NCBI GenBank assembly: GCA_001179505.1 | Contig: CDMY01000581.1 | Location: 248,001-312,000, forward strand | From: Vitrella brassicaformis CCMP3155 | Lineage: Eukaryota > Protista > Chromerida | Reading direction: 5' to 3' | Length of the DNA stretch: 64,000 bases | In this document: positions 24,115 through 35,780 of the stretch, piece by piece | How the letters are laid out: every line of letters starts with the position of its first letter | Numbering within the stretch: the first letter of the stretch is position 1 | The notes under the pieces: model-generated | Told to the model about the DNA's origin: nothing | Databases searched by the model: none | The model's input: only the letters and a program-made list of their open reading frames with translations | Translations under genes and position numbers: made by a program

Positions 24115-25290
24115 TCAATGATGATGTCCGTGGTGGTGGTCCCCTCCACTGAGGTCGATGGAGACGACTTTGTCCGGGTTGAGGATGTTGTTGGGGTCGA
24201 GGGTCTGCTTGAGCGTCTTCATCAGCTCCACTGAGGGGCGCCCCAGCTCCTTCTCGAGGTACTTTTTCTTGCCCAGACCAATGCCGTGCTCGCCCGTGCA
24301 GGTGCCCTCCATCTCAATCGCGCGAGCCACCTGCACATACGTACACATGATCGATGGATGCCTCTCTCCTTCTCTATGACCGTCCTCCGTGTGGTACCTA
24401 CCATTCTGTGGTTGAGTCTGTGTGCCTCCTCATCTTCCTTGGGGTTGTCGGGGTCAAACATGATCACCACGTGGAAGTTGCTGTCGCCCACATGACCTAT
24501 GACACACAGACCACAAGAAGGCAACAAGGAAGGTCGATTCCGCCACATTCATTCATTCGCACACTTGGTTGGCATCTCTGTCTGTCCCTCCCTCCCTCCC
24601 TCCCTCCCTCTGACTGACCAACGATGGGTGCGAACAGGAATGACTCGTCAAGGTCCTTCTTGGTGGCCTCGACCATCTCAGCAAGCCGCGAGATGGGCAC
24701 CGCCACGTCGGTCGCCATCAGCTGACGCTCTGGCTCCATCGACTGGGCCGCCCAAAACCTGCACGCACGCACAACAAACAGCACGTCGACGAAAGGCAGG
24801 TGGAGGTGTCCGTCCGTGCCCCTTGTTCGTTCCCTCCCTCCTTTGGCTGGCTTACGCGTGCTTGCGTGCGAACCACATCTTGTCCCTGGCCTCGGCCTCT
24901 TTGCACCAGACGTACTCCTCCTTGGTGTACTGGCTGCAGATGTTCTGCACCTCCTTGACGTCGTTCTCCACGGAGGCTTTCGACCCGGTGAACTTGAGGA
25001 GCAGCATGGGCTTCTCGGGCAGCGTCATGCCGGCGTAGTTGTTGACCGCCTTGACCATCTCGTTGTCAAACAGCTCTATCGCACCCATCTGTCTCAACAC
25101 ACACACACGCGCGCACCTCCCTCCGTATCTACCCGCACCATACATAGCCACACGCACGGACGACAGATAGACGCACCTGTATGCCCTTTTGGAGCATTTT
25201 GATGACTGCGTTGGTGGCGTCTTTGACCGAGTCGAAGCTCACGTAGGCGATCTCCATCTGATATGGGATGTTGCGCATCTTCAGGGTGGC

Positions 25291-25324
<34 letters not shown>

Positions 25325-26884
25325 AGAGAGCAACCACACCACCCCCGTCAGTACTGTGCGCGTCAGCTGTCCGTCGTGTGCGTCTCCGGGCGGCCTATCT
25401 ACCTCGGTGACGACTCCGAGTGTGCCTTCCGAGCCGACGAACAGGCGGGCGAGGTCGTAGCCAGCACTGCTCTTCCGCGCTCGCTGACCCGTCTTAAGAA
25501 CCTGCATGCCATGCATCAAGCAAGAACGAAACATAAATGACACCGGGTTTCATTGTGAGCTCAATGTGCTTTCGTTGTGTGTGTACACACTTACGGTTCC
25601 ATCGGCGAGCACGACAGTGAGGTTGACGACCTGGTCCTTCATGGTGCCGTAGCGGACGGCGTTGGTCCCGGAACAGCACGTCCCGCACATGCCACCGATG
25701 CTCGCACCTAAACACACACTCACACACAACACAAAATCAAATGCACACGGACGGCCATTTCGCATGTGGTGTGGTGTGGTGTGCTCACCCACCAGTGGGT
25801 GCCCCACTCAGTCACCCCCTGACTCACCCGGTCCAGGGTCGACTCCGAGGAACATGCCGTAGGGCTCCATGTACTCGTTGAGTTCCATCCAGCCGACGCC
25901 GGGCTGCACGACGACGTCCATGTCGTCCTGGTTGACCTTGAGGACCTGGTCCATCTTGCGCATGTCCATCGTGATGCCGCCGCGAGTGGGGATGATGTGG
26001 CCCTCCAGGGACGTGCCGCTGCCGTAGGGGACGATTGGAATCTTGTACCTGTTGCAGATGGTGAGGATCTTGGAGACCTCCTGGGTGCTCTCGGGCCACA
26101 CGACGGCCTGGGGGTTGGAGCGGGCGGCGTAGCCGCTCACCTCCTTGCCGTACTCCTCGCACTCATCCTCCTTGCAGCTGATGCGGTCGTCACCCAGCAT
26201 ACCATGCAGCTCCTCATAGGCCTGACACACACACAGACAGACAGACAGACAGGCAGGCAGGCAGACGGGTGGATGAATGAACGCATCGATGGATGGAGGG
26301 ATGCGTGAGTGGATGCGTCATTTCGGCCCGGCCCAGTGCTCTCCGACCGCAGGGAACGCTTCAGTGAATGGCATCCTTTTGAGCGCCAGCTCGCTGCAGG
26401 TGGCGGACCGCCGCTGAGATTGCGAGTAGTAGTACAGCCCCGTCGCAAGGGCTCCACCTCCCAATGCAGCACCAATCTGACACAACACGTGCGTCGACAG
26501 ACAGACAGACCGACCGACAGACCGACAAACAGACCGACATGCGTACCAACCAGCCTCAGGGGCAGCGTGCGTCCCTGCCCGCCCACCTGCATGTGTCTTG
26601 ACCTGTTGCCCTGCTGTGTCCTGCCGCCATAGCTGCTGTCACCACCGCCACCCCCAGAGTGCTGGGAGGATGCCGACTGCGTCGAAATCGAGCGGGAGGG
26701 GGCGAGGCGCAGGGGACAAGAGACTGCCACGTGGTGCCGGCACCTACACACCAAAACACGAGAAGGGCAGCAGAGGGGAAAGGTCCGCTGACTCAGCTGA
26801 TGGCCTGACGCTTTGCCTGATGAATCCTTACACAGCAGAGGGAAGGATGCCAGAGGCGCGCACAGTGAGGTTGCGAGTCATCAT
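24115..26884 (-). CDS. DLD1: Mitochondrial D-lactate dehydrogenase (cytochrome), FAD-linked oxidase family
   Basis: Spliced motifs [17 protein letters not shown]…[15 protein letters not shown]…[13 protein letters not shown]…VDPGPG|[26 protein letters not shown]…[27 protein letters not shown]…[10 protein letters not shown]…GHVGDSNFH…[17 protein letters not shown]…[11 protein letters not shown]. Arg/Ser-rich presequence plus a TM-like [17 protein letters not shown] segment. Confidence 0.93.
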
Positions 26885-27056
26885 GACTAGCAGAGTCCAC
26901 TCCCCAGGTTCAGCCTCCTCACTCCAGTGGTTTCACGCATTTTCATTAAACCCTACGCCCTAAAGCATCACTGGCTGCCCCCTAAACCCTGCAACCCGAG
27001 GGGCTGAGGATGTTTAAATCGATGAAGAATATCTCCACTCTTATCCTCTGAGATAC
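26885..27056. promoter_or_regulatory. Putative bidirectional promoter of D-LDH and SfsA with telomere-type motifs
   Basis: ~170 nt between divergent starts; AAACCCTA at 26948-26955, CCCTAAA at 26958-26964, CCCTAAACCCT at 26980-26990. Confidence 0.5.
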
Positions 27057-29125
27057 ATGAGCCTTCTCGCTTCTTGCAGCTGGTTAAGCATGGGCATGAT
27101 GGCGGCTCCTGCAGTAGTCTACCGACAACCTCTTATCGCCGGCAGAATCGTTCGGCGCTACAAGCGCTTCATGGGTAGGGTATATGATTAGTGAGTGCAC
27201 AAAGCAGACACATGGATCCGATGAATGAATGCGTGCATGCCTACTTGGTGATTACAGCGGATGTTCGGCTAGATGAGGACGGCCGCGAGGTGTGCTGCCA
27301 CCTGGCGAATCCCGGCAGCATGATGGGCATGATTCACAAAGGCGCACCCGTCAGGTATGCGAGTCGTTCTGGATGGATGGATGGATGGAATTGACGGCAG
27401 GCAGCTGTCCACTCATGTGCTGTGTTTTTGTGTTGTGCAGGCTTCGCGACCACTGGGCGGAGGATGTGAGCAGCAGCTGGGCGGCGGCAGATGGCGAGGG
27501 GCCGAAGCGAAAGGCATCGAAGCGGAAGCTGCAGTATTCGCTGGAGGCCATCCGAATAGGTGGCACGTGGATCGGGTGCAACACTCTGCTGCCCAACGAG
27601 GTAAACAGCTGCATCATAGCAGGACCACTCTGGTTCTTTACCTCTGCAGCTGGTCAAGTCGATGCTGCAGCGGCGGCAGCTGCCAGAGGTCATGGGCATA
27701 TTGCCGTACGACAATGTCAAAGCAGAGGTAGGGAGGTCGGCAGGTGCAGAGAGGGGTGAACAGAGATGGCATTTATTGCTGCCGTCCGTCCGTCTGCATC
27801 CATGTGTGTGCAGGTGCGATTGCCGGAGTCGAGCAACTCTCGGTTTGACTTCCTGCTGACGCGTCAGGGGGCTGATAGCAGCAGTAGTGGTGGAGCTGGT
27901 GCAGGGCCCCGTAAGCTGGTCATTGAGGTCAAGATGGTCACCATGGGCTCTAACTGGTACGGTACACAAGCGGTCGACAGGCAGGCATGGTGGTTTGCGT
28001 CACTTCTTCACTGCTCGTCTCATTGAATCCTCCCTTCAGGTGGAGTGTGGAGATGCAGACCGAAGGCTGCACGGACCCCCCGCGGCCATGGGCATCACTC
28101 AAGCCAACCACAACCACCACCACTGACAATGACAATGCCGCTGACGGTGGTGGTGCCGGTGCTGCCACACAGCAGCAAGGCGAGCCCAGCTGTGACGCAC
28201 CCCCCAAGCCCAACAAGACCACCAAGCGCAGCAAGAAGGAGCATGCCATGCTGGAGTTCGTCAAGACACCGCCAGACGAGTGCCGTGCATACACCGAGCG
28301 GGAGGGGAGTGGTCAGGAGGGCCACCAACCGCTGGTGGCGTTGTTCCCCGACAGCAAGACGGAGAGGGGCCAGAAGCACGTGGCGGAGTTGATGAAGCTG
28401 AGCAGGCGGGGCGGCCAGGGGGCGGGGGCGGGGGAGGATACTAGTGCTGAGGGGGCGTTGTCGGCATCGAACAAGGCGGCGGGGAAGGAGGGGGGAGCGG
28501 CGGGGAAGGNNNNNNNNNNNNNNNNNNNNNNNNNNNNNNNNNNNNNNNNNNNNNNNNNNNNNNNNNNNNNNNNNNNNNNNNNNNNNNNNNNNNNNNNNNN
28601 NNNNNNNNNNNNNNNNNNNNNNNNNNNNNNNNNNNNNNNNNNNNNNNNNNNNNNNNNNNNNNNNNNNNNNNNNNNNNNNNNNNNNNNNNNNNNNNNNNNN
28701 NNNNNNNNNNNNNNNNNNNNNNNNNNNNNNNNNNNNNNNNNNNNNNNNNNNNNNNNNNNNNNNNNNNNNNNNNNNNNNNNNNNNNNNNNNNNNNNNNNNN
28801 NNNNNNNNNGCGGCGGGGAAGGAGGGTGGCTATCACGTGGCGTTGCTGTTCTTCGTCGCTAGGTCAGTCAGTCAGTCGACAAAACGCAATCAAGACATGT
28901 CATGTGCGCACATCTGCATCGTGTGTGTGTGTGTGTATCAGGGGCGACTGTGGGTCGTTTGACGCGTCCCTTCACTGCGACCCGGCCTACCACGCCCTGC
29001 TGCACGAGGCGGCCACGCTGCCCAACCTGCACATCCTGCCGTATTCTTTCGAGTACGTCTTTGACGACCCTGATGATGCCCATATTGTCTACAGGGGGCC
29101 GGTGCCATTCAGAGGCGGCGTATGA
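27057..29125 (+). CDS. sfsA: SfsA-family (sugar fermentation stimulation) PD-(D/E)xK nuclease-fold protein, spliced, interrupted by an assembly gap
   Basis: Ordered SfsA motifs: GRIVRRYKRFM|ADV…CHLANPGSMMG…RKLQYSLEA…IGCNTLLPN…SRFDFLL…IEVKMVT…ALFPDSKTERGQKHVAEL…HVALLFFVA|RGDCGSF…CDPAYHALLHEA. Start is 27057 or 27090; stop at 29125. Confidence 0.85.
28484..28827 (+). repeat. Coding minisatellite (gcggcggggaaggag…; AAGKEGG units) containing a 300-N gap (28510-28809)
   Basis: The same unit appears on both sides of the gap inside the SfsA exon. Confidence 0.7.
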
Positions 29126-29860
29126 TGGGATATATAGTTTCGGGCGTAGCGTGCCTTGCCCATGAGTGTTGGTTGCTAGCTGAGGCGGGCGGACCGGAGA
29201 AAGGCGACATTCATGTAATCCAATGGATTGGATGCATCAATGTGCTGTTTGCTACGCAACGAATTGGGCCCCCACACAGATGTTGACAAGTCCAACCAAC
29301 AGAAGCCAGCCAAAGAGGGCGACGCACGCACACTACATCTCTCCTCGCCCATGCCATCCACCCTGTATGTTTGTATGTGTGACCACTGATGAGTGAGTGC
29401 CTTTGTACACACAGAAGTAGTCAGTGAATGAGACAGGCAAGGAAGGAAAGAAGGAGGCTCCACTCACTCAGGATGGGACAAGTGCGTTCGTCGATGCATC
29501 TGATCGGCATATGCTCTCTGCCTTCTTCTCACTGCCCACGCTCAGGAAAGGAGACGCTGGCGTGAGAGGCCAACATCGCCACGCCTGCGCGGAGGCTTGC
29601 ATGAGACGACAGAGAGACACCACACGTCCGCGTGGACACTCAACGGACATTCACACGGCACGACCCATGACACGACACACGGCAAGGCAAGGCAAGGCAA
29701 GGCAAGCAGATACATTACACCACCTCAAAAAGACCACTCACTCACTCAACTCAGCAACGACCGATAAAAAGACGTCTGCCCCCCGTTCATCTGCCTCACT
29801 CACTCGACCCCACACACCATGAATGAATGGACCCCTTTAACAGGTGTCTGTCTTGAACCT

Positions 29861-31972
29861 TCATTTGACGAGTGAAGCGAGAATGCGTCGTGGCGGTACG
29901 AACGACCTCCTGGCGTGCATCACCGCATAGTTGTCCACCAGCAACACATCACCTAAAAACAGAGACACAAACAAATGTGTGTGCGGTGCGCGACGTGCTT
30001 GGCCGCTGGTGAGTGCCTTGGGTTGGTGGCGCAGTATGTTTGTTACCCTTGTGCCACTTGAAGGCCACAGCCTCCTCGTCGGCCACCTGTGCGATGAAAT
30101 TCATGACCTCGCTGGGGAGGGGCTCGCCGTCGCCAAACAACACTGCCTGCGCACCGCAACACATACACGGGTCGGGTAGAGAGAAACAGATGGGCATGTG
30201 CGGTGCACTGTTTGTCTGGCCGCGTCTGTGACATGACAGCGTGCGGTGCGCTGCAATATATGACCTTTTGAGGGTCGTTTCTCTTGTCTTTCCATCCGGT
30301 GAATGCGGCGATCATTTGGTTGAAGAACTCCGTCTCATCGCCCTTCTCGGGATGAGCCTTGACCGCAGACAGCATCGGAGTGATCTAAACGCACACACAG
30401 CCAGAGCAGTGAATGACCTACCTGCCGCTGTATCGAGTGACTCGTGTCCTGTTTGCCCTCACCGTTTTCAGATCTCCTCCTGCCAGCCACTCCCTGACAC
30501 ACAGACACATAGACAGACAGAGAGAGATCACTCCTCCCTCCGGCCACCCCTTTTTTCCTTCCCCCATCATATTGATCAGCCCCACCAAGTGTAACCGTCC
30601 TCCTTCATCTTTGCCTCGGCCTCTTCTCTGGTGGCCACCCTGAAGGTGCTCTTCCACGAGCGGCCCAGGGCAGACAGCTCGTCGTCCTCCTCGGGGGCCA
30701 CACGCACATACTTGACGCCCTTCTCCTCCAACTTGGACAGAAACTGACAAACGGACACACACACACACAGACAGACAGACAGACAGACACATACATACAT
30801 AAATACATACATACATACAGGCGCTCGAAATGAGTGGCCAGCCAACATCAATACATCCATCGGATTCCATCCATCCATCCACCCATGACGTGTCGACGTG
30901 TGACGTACGTCTGGGTATTTGTCTTTGATCCGCCGGTAGACCGCATGCGACAAGACAATGGGAGCTGACACAGACAGACAGACAGACAATGGGACATCCG
31001 CTGTGTCATTCATGGGATGTGATGTCGTGTGTTGTGCTGTCATGTGGGCCTGCTCACTCTCGCCGCCCTCTGCCGATGGCAGGTCGCAGTAGAAGAGCAG
31101 CTTGCTGGGGTACGCGGGCAGCTGAGCCATCTGCACCAACCAATGAACGACCACAGCACAGCCATGGGCAGAACATGAAAGAATGCCGGGTGCCGATGCA
31201 TTCACTTGGCACTCAAGTGTCTGTCTGGCTGGCTGGCTGGCCGGCCGGATCCCTCATTCTTGCAGAATTCAATTTGTCTGTCAGGGTCGGCCGATGACCG
31301 ACCAAGTCAGACCTTGATAGCGTATTGGTTTCTTAATCATCAGGTTGCCTCAGCTGGCTGGCCGGCTGGCTGGCTGGCTGGCTGGCTGGCATCCATCCAT
31401 CCATTCATTCGGTCCGTCGACCCACCCACCTCATGGTGCCAGGGGATCTTCTCTGATGGCGGGGATTCATTGGCCGTGAACACTATGTCACCCACGATGT
31501 TGCGACGCACCGCCTGCACACACCAACCATAACACACACACGAATGATCTGATCTACTGCCCACCAAACACGGCACTGCTGTACTGCGGTAATGAATAGC
31601 TTCTGCTCACATTGCCGCCGATGTAGGGGAAGTTTTCCCGCCCCAGCGCCAGGACAAACTCGGCAAAGTCTTCGGGCGACGAGATCGGGAAACTGCGGAA
31701 TAGCAACGCCTGACAAACACCGCCCACACAGAACCCGGCAGGCACGTGAGTCGAAACGAGAGGAGGAATGTCGACAGATGGTGAGCTGTGGTTTCACTCA
31801 CCCCGTGTGTGGTGAGCCTTTGGAAGATGCCCTGCCTGTTGGTGGTCAGCCAGGCCTTGACGTCCGCGATGGTCTTGAGCTCACCCTCCCTCGGCTTGAG
31901 AGTCAGTGGGAAGCTGTGCTCCTCACTCAACCCCTTCCTCTGCTCGGGGATGCTGATCGTCTCGACCTCCAT
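29861..31972 (-). CDS. Clavaminate-synthase-like TauD/TfdA Fe(II)/2-oxoglutarate dioxygenase
   Basis: Spliced MEVETISIPEQR…FPLTLKP…HG|ALLFRSFPISSPEDFAEFV…VFTANESPPSEKIPWHHE|MAQLPAYPSKLLFYC…GETPIVLSHAVY…FFNQMIAA…AVLFGDGEPLP…FKWHKG|DVLLVDNYAVMHARRSFVPPRRILASLVK*, with HxE, distal His and Arg. Confidence 0.9.
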
Positions 31973-32199
31973 GATACGTGTAGGCCACCTCCCTGAGCCT
32001 CTCCTTTCCTCCTTCAATGTTTGCAAGCTCAAGCGGGCCTGCAAGTCTAGCTCGCAATCGCTGACAACTTCGAGAATCTCCGCTTTGCGCTTGCTGCCGG
32101 CTGCCGTGGGTGGCTGCCCCGTCCCATGGAGCGAAATCGGCGTGAAAGATCCGATCCCGCAGGCTTGTGTTGCGCGCGTTGAGTTGGGTAGGTATCAGG

Positions 32200-34144
32200 C
32201 TGGCTCACTTGTCTGTGGAGGACCCACCTGCCGGTGGGTGGGTGGGCCTCTTCTGCGAGAGGCTCGGACGGGTCCTGCGGCTGTCGGCGCTGTCCAGGGA
32301 AAACAGAAACAGGGCAGTCTCGTGGCTCTACATCTCCCCTGAGGACACGCCGGGGGGCATGACCACCAAAGTCACCTTTATGGTCAGTAAACCATGGGCA
32401 AGGCAGGGTCACGGCACGCGACTCAATCGGCAGCTCAAAAGACGCGGTCTTGGCCCTCGGTGATAGTGTATGTGTGTGTTGCTTGTTTAGGTGCATTGCG
32501 ACACCTGCTTTGGCGAAAGTGTCAAGCTGGTCGGCAACCATTCATCCATCGGAGACTGGGATGTAAGCTAAGCGCTCCGCTCCGCTCACAGACAGACAGA
32601 CAGACACATACATGTCAGTCAGGCTGGCGATGCGATGCGCGTGCATCTGGCTGTCTGTCTGTCTGTCTGTCTGTCCCTCTGTCTGTGTTGTGTGTGTGCA
32701 GCCTGCGAGCGGCATCCCTCTGGCCACCGATGACGTCCTCTATCCCATTTGGGTGTCAGCTCCAGTAGAGGTACGCCAGGCCAGCCAGACCAGACCGGCT
32801 CAATATATCACGCAAATGAACGCACTACTTTGGCTTTGTTGTTTCTTCTTTTGCCTGGCCCATTCATTGCTCACGACCCGCAGCTGCCAAGAGATGGATA
32901 CATCGTAAGCAACACAACGCAGACATGAAGGAGACGGCCAGACACGAACCCATTCTCGACCGCCCCTCTGTGTGTGTGTGTGTGTCACTATCATTAATGC
33001 AGGAGTACAAGTACGTCAAGTACGGTGAGCACCACACGAGGTGGGAGGAGGGCTTCGAGGGCAACCGCAGCCTGCAGGTCCCCACCGACACCTCCTCCCT
33101 CGAGGCTCATCTCGCCTCATTCGTGGTGGTCAACGACGACAAGTTCGACGCCATCCCCATTCGGGCGCGGCACCCGGAGATGATCACCTACGACGCCAAA
33201 CGGAAGCTGGGGGCCTTTGTGGGGCGGTGGGGCATCATGAAGGAGAGGTCAGACGCTATCGGACCCCTACTCGAAATCATGGGACTCGACTGGTAAGTGA
33301 GTGGCCACATGACATCCACATCAGATAGATAGATAGCCTAGCGGTCGGTGTCTTGAGGCCAAGAGCCACACACACACACACACACGGATCCTCCCTTCCC
33401 CCTGTGTGTGTGCAGGTTTGTGCGGAATGCGATAGACAATGCGGAGAGCCTGACGGACACGGTGCGTGTGGTGGGCAGCACATTGGTCAGCAAGCTGTCG
33501 ACGGCGGTGGGCACACATCGGGAGGAGATCTACACCAACGGCGACCCTCAAGAGATCGAGGAGATGGGAAAGGCTACCGTCTATCAGGTAAAACCTCGAT
33601 CGGACGGACGGCACCGATGGATGACATTCAGCCAAGAGCTCTGTCTGTCTGTCATGCCTTGCAGGCCAAGAGCCGTGTGGAGGACATTCTGCCGCCCAAG
33701 GCGCTGCTGCCCGTTGCGAGCCACCACCGGCCAGAGGTGGTCGTGACGACCACCCACCCCCACACGATGTCTCGTGACGCAGACGAGGTGGGGTCGAGGG
33801 CGTCTACGTGTGTGGGTGGGGGGCTGCTGGAGTTCCCCTACAACTTTCGGGTGGTCACCACCAAGCAGTGCTCCATGAAGGGCACCGTGGTGGAGACCCG
33901 ACAGCTCTGCGAAGAGGAAAAGGGTCCCGTCATGCACATCAATGTAAGTCAGTGGAGTGACCAAACACACACACACACACACACACATCCACCAGGCAGG
34001 CAGGCACACCTCTCTCGCTGAGTGCATGGTTGTGGTTGTGGTTGTGGTTGTGTGTGCCATCAGTTGAAGTTCACTCGTTTGGGTGACAAGGAGCCCGAAT
34101 TGGAGCTCGACAGGTACTGGGAGAGATTGCATGACAATGATTGA
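32200..34144 (+). CDS. Spliced hypothetical protein with C-terminal FABP/lipocalin-like (calycin) domain; start uncertain
   Basis: Exons include FVGRWGIMKERSDAIGPLLEIMGLDW|FVRNAIDNAESL…, resembling the GxW…D.ll.alGv…R N-terminal motif of FABP-type barrels. Last exon LKFTRLGDKEPELELDRYWERLHDND*, stop 34142-34144. Confidence 0.5.
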
Positions 34145-34149
34145 CTAAC

Positions 34150-35220
34150 CTACGGGTTTTGCGAGCGATCGAGCGATTCGATGGAGTGAGTGAGTGACCA
34201 CGTGATGGGTGGAAGGGCGAGGGAGGGAGGGAGTCCTGTTGGGAGTGATTTTTTCCTGCACCTCTTCCTTCCTTCATTCATTCTGGGGCGTCGTGAGCTG
34301 AGCTCGTGTTTGGCACTTTTTGCAGCTTTGGGGCATGGCATAGTACGTGACGTGACGTCCATTGATCGATCGATACACGCAATGCAGAACAGAGAGAAAC
34401 ATGGTTTTGTTTCCACATCCTGTCTGTCGGTATCGCATCCTCCACTCATCCATCCACTCATCCATCCGTCCATCCTGTCAGTCAGTCCAGGTTTTGCTGC
34501 CTTGTCGCCTCCCCTGCTACCTGCCTGCCTGCCTGCCTGCCTGTGCTGGCTGGCGATACATCACACGAACGCATGTCATTCATGCGTGAGTCACCCACCC
34601 ACCCACCCACCTGCCACCTACCTACCTACCTACCTGCATGAGGCGTGCGTGGTGTGTGTGTGATGGCCAAACCTTTATTTATGCGTCCGTGTCGTGTCGT
34701 GTATATTCTTGACGCATCGCATGGACAGTCCCGACCAGGCAGTCAGTCAGTGAGTCAGTCGTCATGACCTACCTGCCTACCTACCTTATATCAACCAACC
34801 AACCAACCAACCACCGTTTTTCGTGCTAGCTACAGGCCTTGCTATGCTACTACTCTGTCTACCTGCATTCCAACTTTCTGTCCGTGGGCGTATGTGATGT
34901 GATGTGATGTGAGCTGTTTGTTCCATAGGATGTGATGTGATGTATGCTGCTGTGGATGTTGATGTCAGGCTATGCTGTATACTGTCTGTCTGTCTGCGCG
35001 AGTGCCTGCCGCCCGCCTGCCTGCCTATATGCTTTGCACTCCCTTTATATATCCCCATTGATTGATTGATGCCTTTGTCGTGTTGTGGACGTCCGTGTGT
35101 TGTGTGACGGTTGTGTGTGTGTTTGTTTTGTGTCTGTCTTGTTTGTTTCCACGTAGGAGCTGACTCAGTCTTATTATTTTCGTGTGCACGCAAAGCGACT
35201 GTCACAATGATTACATACAA
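34150..35220. repeat. Intergenic compound microsatellite field (CATC, CCTG, ACCT, AGTC, AACC, ATGTG, GTCT units)
   Basis: Successive short tetra- and pentanucleotide arrays read directly; no coding pattern. Confidence 0.75.
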
Positions 35221-35780
35221 CAACACGGGCCTTCCGCGCGGGTGGCAAGGGACTGACCTTCATAAAGGCAATGCATATTAACCGATGAAGCTCGCATCTG
35301 CGACTTACGGTTCGCTATAGGGGGGGGAAACTGTCATTAAGCGTAACACTCGTCTGTGTGTCCGTGATACTCATACAAATACAGTCCCATCAGCACGCAG
35401 AGTCAAACAGGCTCAAGGGGAGGAGGGATCAATCCCCGCCCCATCAGCACACCCCAGTCCCGCAAACCCTCCCCTCCCTCCCCCACGCAGACAGAAGCTA
35501 GTCGCACGCGCGAGGGCGATAGACAAGCGAGAGCGAATCCATCCAGACACATGACTGAACCCCCGACCCTTCCACCCCTCCTTCTCCAACAGCGCATGAG
35601 CCATGTGGGCGATGAACACGTTGGCATCGTGTCCCCACACACACGGTTCGCTATTCATGCGTCGTGATGTTGACGATAGCCAGAGGACTCTCCTCTTCCG
35701 TAGCTGAGAGATCACCTGAAGAAATCAAAACAACTGGCGTCGTGGCTGCGTTCGTTCATGCCACCCGGAGGGAGGAGGGC

